From Trichomonas gallinae (taxonomy: Eukaryota), in assembly GCA_008369845.1 (NCBI GenBank), contig MRSU01011020.1, forward strand, positions 1-32,409: a stretch of DNA of 32,409 nt, given 5' to 3'. A model generated the notes under the pieces. It made no database searches and had not been told where the DNA came from. It saw nothing but the letters and a program-made list of their open reading frames with translations. The position numbers and the translations under genes were made by a program. Numbering within the stretch: the stretch's first letter is position 1; each line of letters starts with the position of its first letter. Shown here one piece after another: positions 28,871 to 32,409 of this stretch.

Positions 28871-29111
28871 TGACATTTTGACGTGTAAACTGATTTTTAT
28901 ATAACAAAAAACAAAGCTTATAATGTATTAAAATGATCGAGTTTTTCAACAAATTTGTGATTTTTGCCTGAAAACAAATCATTGCTGCTTGAATATAATC
29001 AATAAATAAATTATTGATTTTATCAACAATATTAATAACCTAAATTATGTATATCTTCCATATAAATCAAATTGCATGATATAAATGGTTGTATATTGAA
29101 AGAGAACAAAA

Positions 29112-29693
29112 TTAAGTTCGCGGAATCTGTGAATATCTGTGTGGTGAGTTCAATGGATTCATTTTTACCATTATTTGCGATAATTGTGGTTGCCCATTGT
29201 ATAACATTTGACTCTGCTGCAAAAGCATTGGATTTGGCATCATATTCTGTGGTTGCATCATTTGTTGTCCAGGTATTAATCCCTGTTGGTACATCATTGG
29301 ATTCATCATTGTTGGGCCATTCAAAACTTTAAGAATTAAGTGTATTTGACACGGTGTGTTATGTATTGGATAAAAAGGTAACATATCGAACCATTTGTCG
29401 ACAATATCTGTATTTGTGATATCTGAAATGTGAATTTCCAATTTTGCTAATTCCAGATCTTGACCAAAAACATCTCTGTTGAAAATAGTTATTAGTATGA
29501 CATCTGTAGCAATATTTACTAATGGAAACGTGCACTCTTGGTTCCATTCTGGATTTGTTTCATTATCAATAACATTTGTTCTAACAAAAATCGGAGAACT
29601 TGATAACCTAATCATTGCATATGGATCCACTATTTCATCAGCACTTGGAATCGGAATTCCTTTTGCCTCGATACATTGGATCCAAACACTCAT
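29112..29693 (-). CDS. C2 domain protein with M/Q/P-rich tail
   Basis: IEAKGIP...DPYAMIRL...RTNVIDNETNPEWNQECTF...ITIFNRDVFGQDLELA..DKWFDM..QIHLILKV, followed by MMNPMMYQQG...MMQPQNMMPNPM. Confidence 0.92.
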   Translation of the reverse strand: MSVWIQCIEAKGIPIPSADEIVDPYAMIRLSSSPIFVRTNVIDNETNPEWNQECTFPLVNIATDVILITIFNRDVFGQDLELAKLEIHISDITNTDIVDKWFDMLPFYPIHNTPCQIHLILKVLNGPTMMNPMMYQQGLIPGQQMMQPQNMMPNPMLLQQSQMLYNGQPQLSQIMVKMNPLNSPHRYSQIPRT

Positions 29694-30545
29694 AATTTTA
29701 ATGTCAATTTTTTAATACATTAGAAATCAGCTTTCATTGTTTAATGTAATATTCACTTCATAAGAGTCAAAACTCAATTTTTGAAATTTCGAAAATATTG
29801 TTAGTAAAATTAGAAATAAATTGAATAATCACCATATGTATGAAAAATACTCTTTATTGCATTAATCGTTTTTGCAAAATAGCCGTTTTTAAAATTGCAA
29901 AAAGATATTTTAGATAAATTTACTTAGAAATAAAATTTAATTTATTAATATGTTTTTTTAGAAAATCTTTGTTTCCTAAATTCAAGGATGCAATCTATTT
30001 AGCTTGTAGACAAGCAGTTGATTGCAATACAAGAATTTGAGCATTTTTGATCAAATTCTTTTGCATTTTTTTTCGATAATGGCTGCTATTGAATTATGCA
30101 CAATGCTTATATGTCTGTAGTTAAAGAAATACTAGTTAATGAGAGCCAGTTTTTAAGATTTTTATTTTGATTTTTTATCATATTACAATACCTGAGATCG
30201 AAATCATTATATTCTGATAATGGAGTTGTTTCTATGAACAACCACCAAATGACTTGTTATCAGTTTTCGACTCATTCATGAAAAAGCTCAAATTCAATAA
30301 AATCGATTTTCGTTATGATATTCTGCATTTTTAGAATGTTTATGACACATATGCAACAAATTTTATAATTTTTAATTGTCAATTTTCTTTTTTTTTTGTT
30401 GCAAAAACAGCTGATTTCTTCGCTATTTTTGCATGAAAGATTTGTTTCATTATTGCTGCTCTGCTGTTTCGTATCATGCTATTGGGGATATTCGTAAAGA
30501 ACTAAATTCGTAATAAATCTATCGTACAAACAACATATTTCTACT

Positions 30546-31184
30546 CTATTTTACTCCTATATTGGAAACAAGTGGGATTTCATCGTAAAATTTCTTCTGT
30601 TGCTTGTTATCATTCTTAATGTAATACATGAAAACTCCTAAACAACTGACAAGGAAGGCTATCAAACCAAACATAACGAGTTCTGTAATTATCGAAGAAA
30701 TTCCAACAATTGTCGTATCTCCGAATTGATCCTTTTCGAAACCAATGGCAACTTGTTGCCCAAAGTATCCATATGTACCATCACAAACCACATGCTGATA
30801 TTCATAATAAATTGCTTTTGATATCTGATTTCCTATCTTACAAAACACGTTTTTAGGCTGAAAAGCAGCTATTACACCTGTATATTCTACATCAACGTGT
30901 TTAGTTTTGCCATCATATTTAATCAATTTAGCGTTATATGCATGCGGCCTTGGAATTCTACAAATATTCTTTCCATCTCCTTCATAACCAGGTGGACATT
31001 CGCATATATCAGGCCAAGAACAATTTGCCAGTTTATGACATTTAGTTTTGCATTGATCAATTTTTTGATTCGTATTATTATAAAATTTGGATATATTCCG
31101 TTGCTCTGCTATATTTGGAGTAGATTTGACCGCTATATTTGGTTGGTTTATATCTTTAACTCCAAGCATTGCAATAAAAATCAT
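30546..31184 (-). CDS. EGF-like domain type I membrane protein
   Basis: Six-Cys EGF unit CKTKCHKLANCSWPDICECPPGYEGDGKNIC, an IPT-like VFCKIG...VVC segment, TM LVMFGLIAFLVSCLGVFMYYI, and a tail containing DEIPLV. Inr TCATT is upstream. Confidence 0.9.
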   Translation of the reverse strand: MIFIAMLGVKDINQPNIAVKSTPNIAEQRNISKFYNNTNQKIDQCKTKCHKLANCSWPDICECPPGYEGDGKNICRIPRPHAYNAKLIKYDGKTKHVDVEYTGVIAAFQPKNVFCKIGNQISKAIYYEYQHVVCDGTYGYFGQQVAIGFEKDQFGDTTIVGISSIITELVMFGLIAFLVSCLGVFMYYIKNDNKQQKKFYDEIPLVSNIGVK

Positions 31185-31263
31185 GATTTTTAATGAATTA
31201 ATTTAATTTTTTATTTGAAAATGATGATGTTTATTATAGATTTTGCACTAATATTTCGTAATG

Positions 31264-32248
31264 TCAGATATAAATCCTTGAAATTCCGAACTTTTTGATA
31301 GAATTTCTGTTTGATTCCGATTCTTCGTTTGATAGGTGCATTTTGATGAGCTTCATCGTGTCATCATTATTGATTTTAATCCTGCATTTAGAAGAAATTA
31401 TTGAATTCAAACCAGGAACACAGTATTTGGCAATCATGATTCTATAGTTTTCGTTAAGTATCTTTTGCAGGACTTGTTCCACTATTTGTTCGTGAATTTC
31501 GAAGATTTCGGAATTAATCGCAATGAAATTCATTGATCCGGATTTGAGAATCATTGGGATGTTTCTTTCATCATTCGAAATTAAATTGATCAATTCTAAA
31601 ACGTTTTCATATTCAATCTGGAATTGATCACATAATTCGATAGCGCGAAGGACAATCATGTAATTTGTCTCTTCGAATATGTCGGTTGCTTTCTTAAGGA
31701 GCTTTTCATCACGGACAATATTCAAGATTATATTGGTTGATGCAGAAAAAGATTCTCTTGTTTCGATATGATCAAACGCTGTGATAAATAGTTTCAACAT
31801 GTCGTCATTACAGAATATAGACTCTAGGTTGAATTTCTTTTCGAATAATCTCGATAATAAAAGAATAATTTTCTCATCTTTCTTTTTTCTCGAGTTTGAG
31901 ATCTTCTTAATGATGGACTTTGATATTGAACGCAACGTAATAAGTTCATCAGTTAGTTTGATATTCAGTTTGAACTCTTCTTCCTCATTAGATGAATTTT
32001 CTGTATTTTGAGCGACGTTGACAACATATATGATATCATTCATAGTGGATATGAGCATTGAACACATATTTGAAATATCACTCGTCAAAAGAATGGCTAT
32101 TTCATCCATTTCTGTGCTTTGATTTTGTAATTTTGAGTATTTCGCAGTTTCTTCTTGTAGTTTTTGAACAAGCATATTTCTTTGCTCATATAATTCAATC
32201 TGTTTGTTAGAAAATAACAAGAACTGCACGAGAAATGTCTTCAATCAT
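31264..32248 (-). CDS. hypothetical coiled-coil/helical-repeat protein, two exons (32248-32225, 32199-31264; 319 aa)
   Basis: ATG 32248 reads MIEDISRA and joins IELYEQRNML in frame once 32224-32200 is removed. AAAAGTGAC is upstream (32283-32275). Confidence 0.85.
32200..32224 (-). other. 25-nt spliceosomal intron (short trichomonad type)
   Basis: GTTCTTGTTATTTTCTAACAAACAG: GT donor, TCTAAC branch motif fused to the ACAG acceptor. It is phase 0 and contains an in-frame TAA. Confidence 0.88.
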
Positions 32249-32338
32249 TAAAATTTAATTAAACTTGATGCGATGTCACTTTTGTCTTTGAAGTTTATAT
32301 TATTTATATCAACATAAAATTTTAATAATAAATGTGTA

Positions 32339-32409
32339 GCACCGCTGGTCTAATGGTAGAATTTCACCTTGCCAAGGTGGGGGTCCGGGTTCGATTCCCG
32401 GGCGGTGCA
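32339..32409 (+). tRNA. tRNA-Gly (anticodon GCC)
   Basis: Acceptor stem GCACCGC/GCGGTGC plus discriminator A. D arm GTCTAATGGTAGAA. Anticodon arm TCACC-TTGCCAA-GGTGG. T arm CCGGG-TTCGATT-CCCGG. 71 nt, no encoded CCA within the window. Confidence 0.97.

Noticed and set aside
10598..29693. Apparent signalling cluster (PDE, RhoGAP, 7-TM, IQ, C2)
   Set aside because: These are large families in trichomonad-like genomes and are interspersed with unrelated genes; there is no evidence of functional linkage.
29980..30340. Intergenic stretch with coding-like composition
   Set aside because: The frames I translated are interrupted by stops and show no recognisable motif; it may be old pseudogene debris but I cannot support that.

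Overview
AT-rich, gene-dense eukaryotic DNA with almost no introns. It looks like a trichomonad (Trichomonas vaginalis or a relative), based on TCAYW initiator and AAAAGTGAC motifs just upstream of ATGs, TAAA poly(A) signals fused to stop codons, and a 25-nt GT...TCTAACAAACAG intron. The organism call is inferred from these signals only. Genes in order: 3' part of RPL32, a small hypothetical, a divergent CRM1/exportin-1-like protein, a TRAPPC13-like protein, a coiled-coil hypothetical, a type I membrane protein, an atypical bromodomain protein, a multi-GAF class I phosphodiesterase, a WW-MyTH4-RhoGAP, two tandem 7-TM paralogues, a CTL/SLC44-like transporter, an ankyrin pseudogene, an SLC35B-type transporter, a 119-aa hypothetical, an IQCH-like protein, a C2 protein, an EGF-domain membrane protein, an intron-containing helical protein, and tRNA-Gly(GCC). 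The most notable unexplained signals are: (1) an 89-nt RNA hairpin starting at a stop codon, whose stem brings GTATGT and ACTAAC..AG splice-like signals together; (2) the 25-nt intron that the ORF track misses; (3) a recurrent intergenic 11-mer, TTTACATGACA; (4) a three-copy bipartite dispersed element; (5) a PDE gene with no ATG at the start of its reading frame and an overlapping uORF. All family calls come from motifs recognised by eye, not from database searches.
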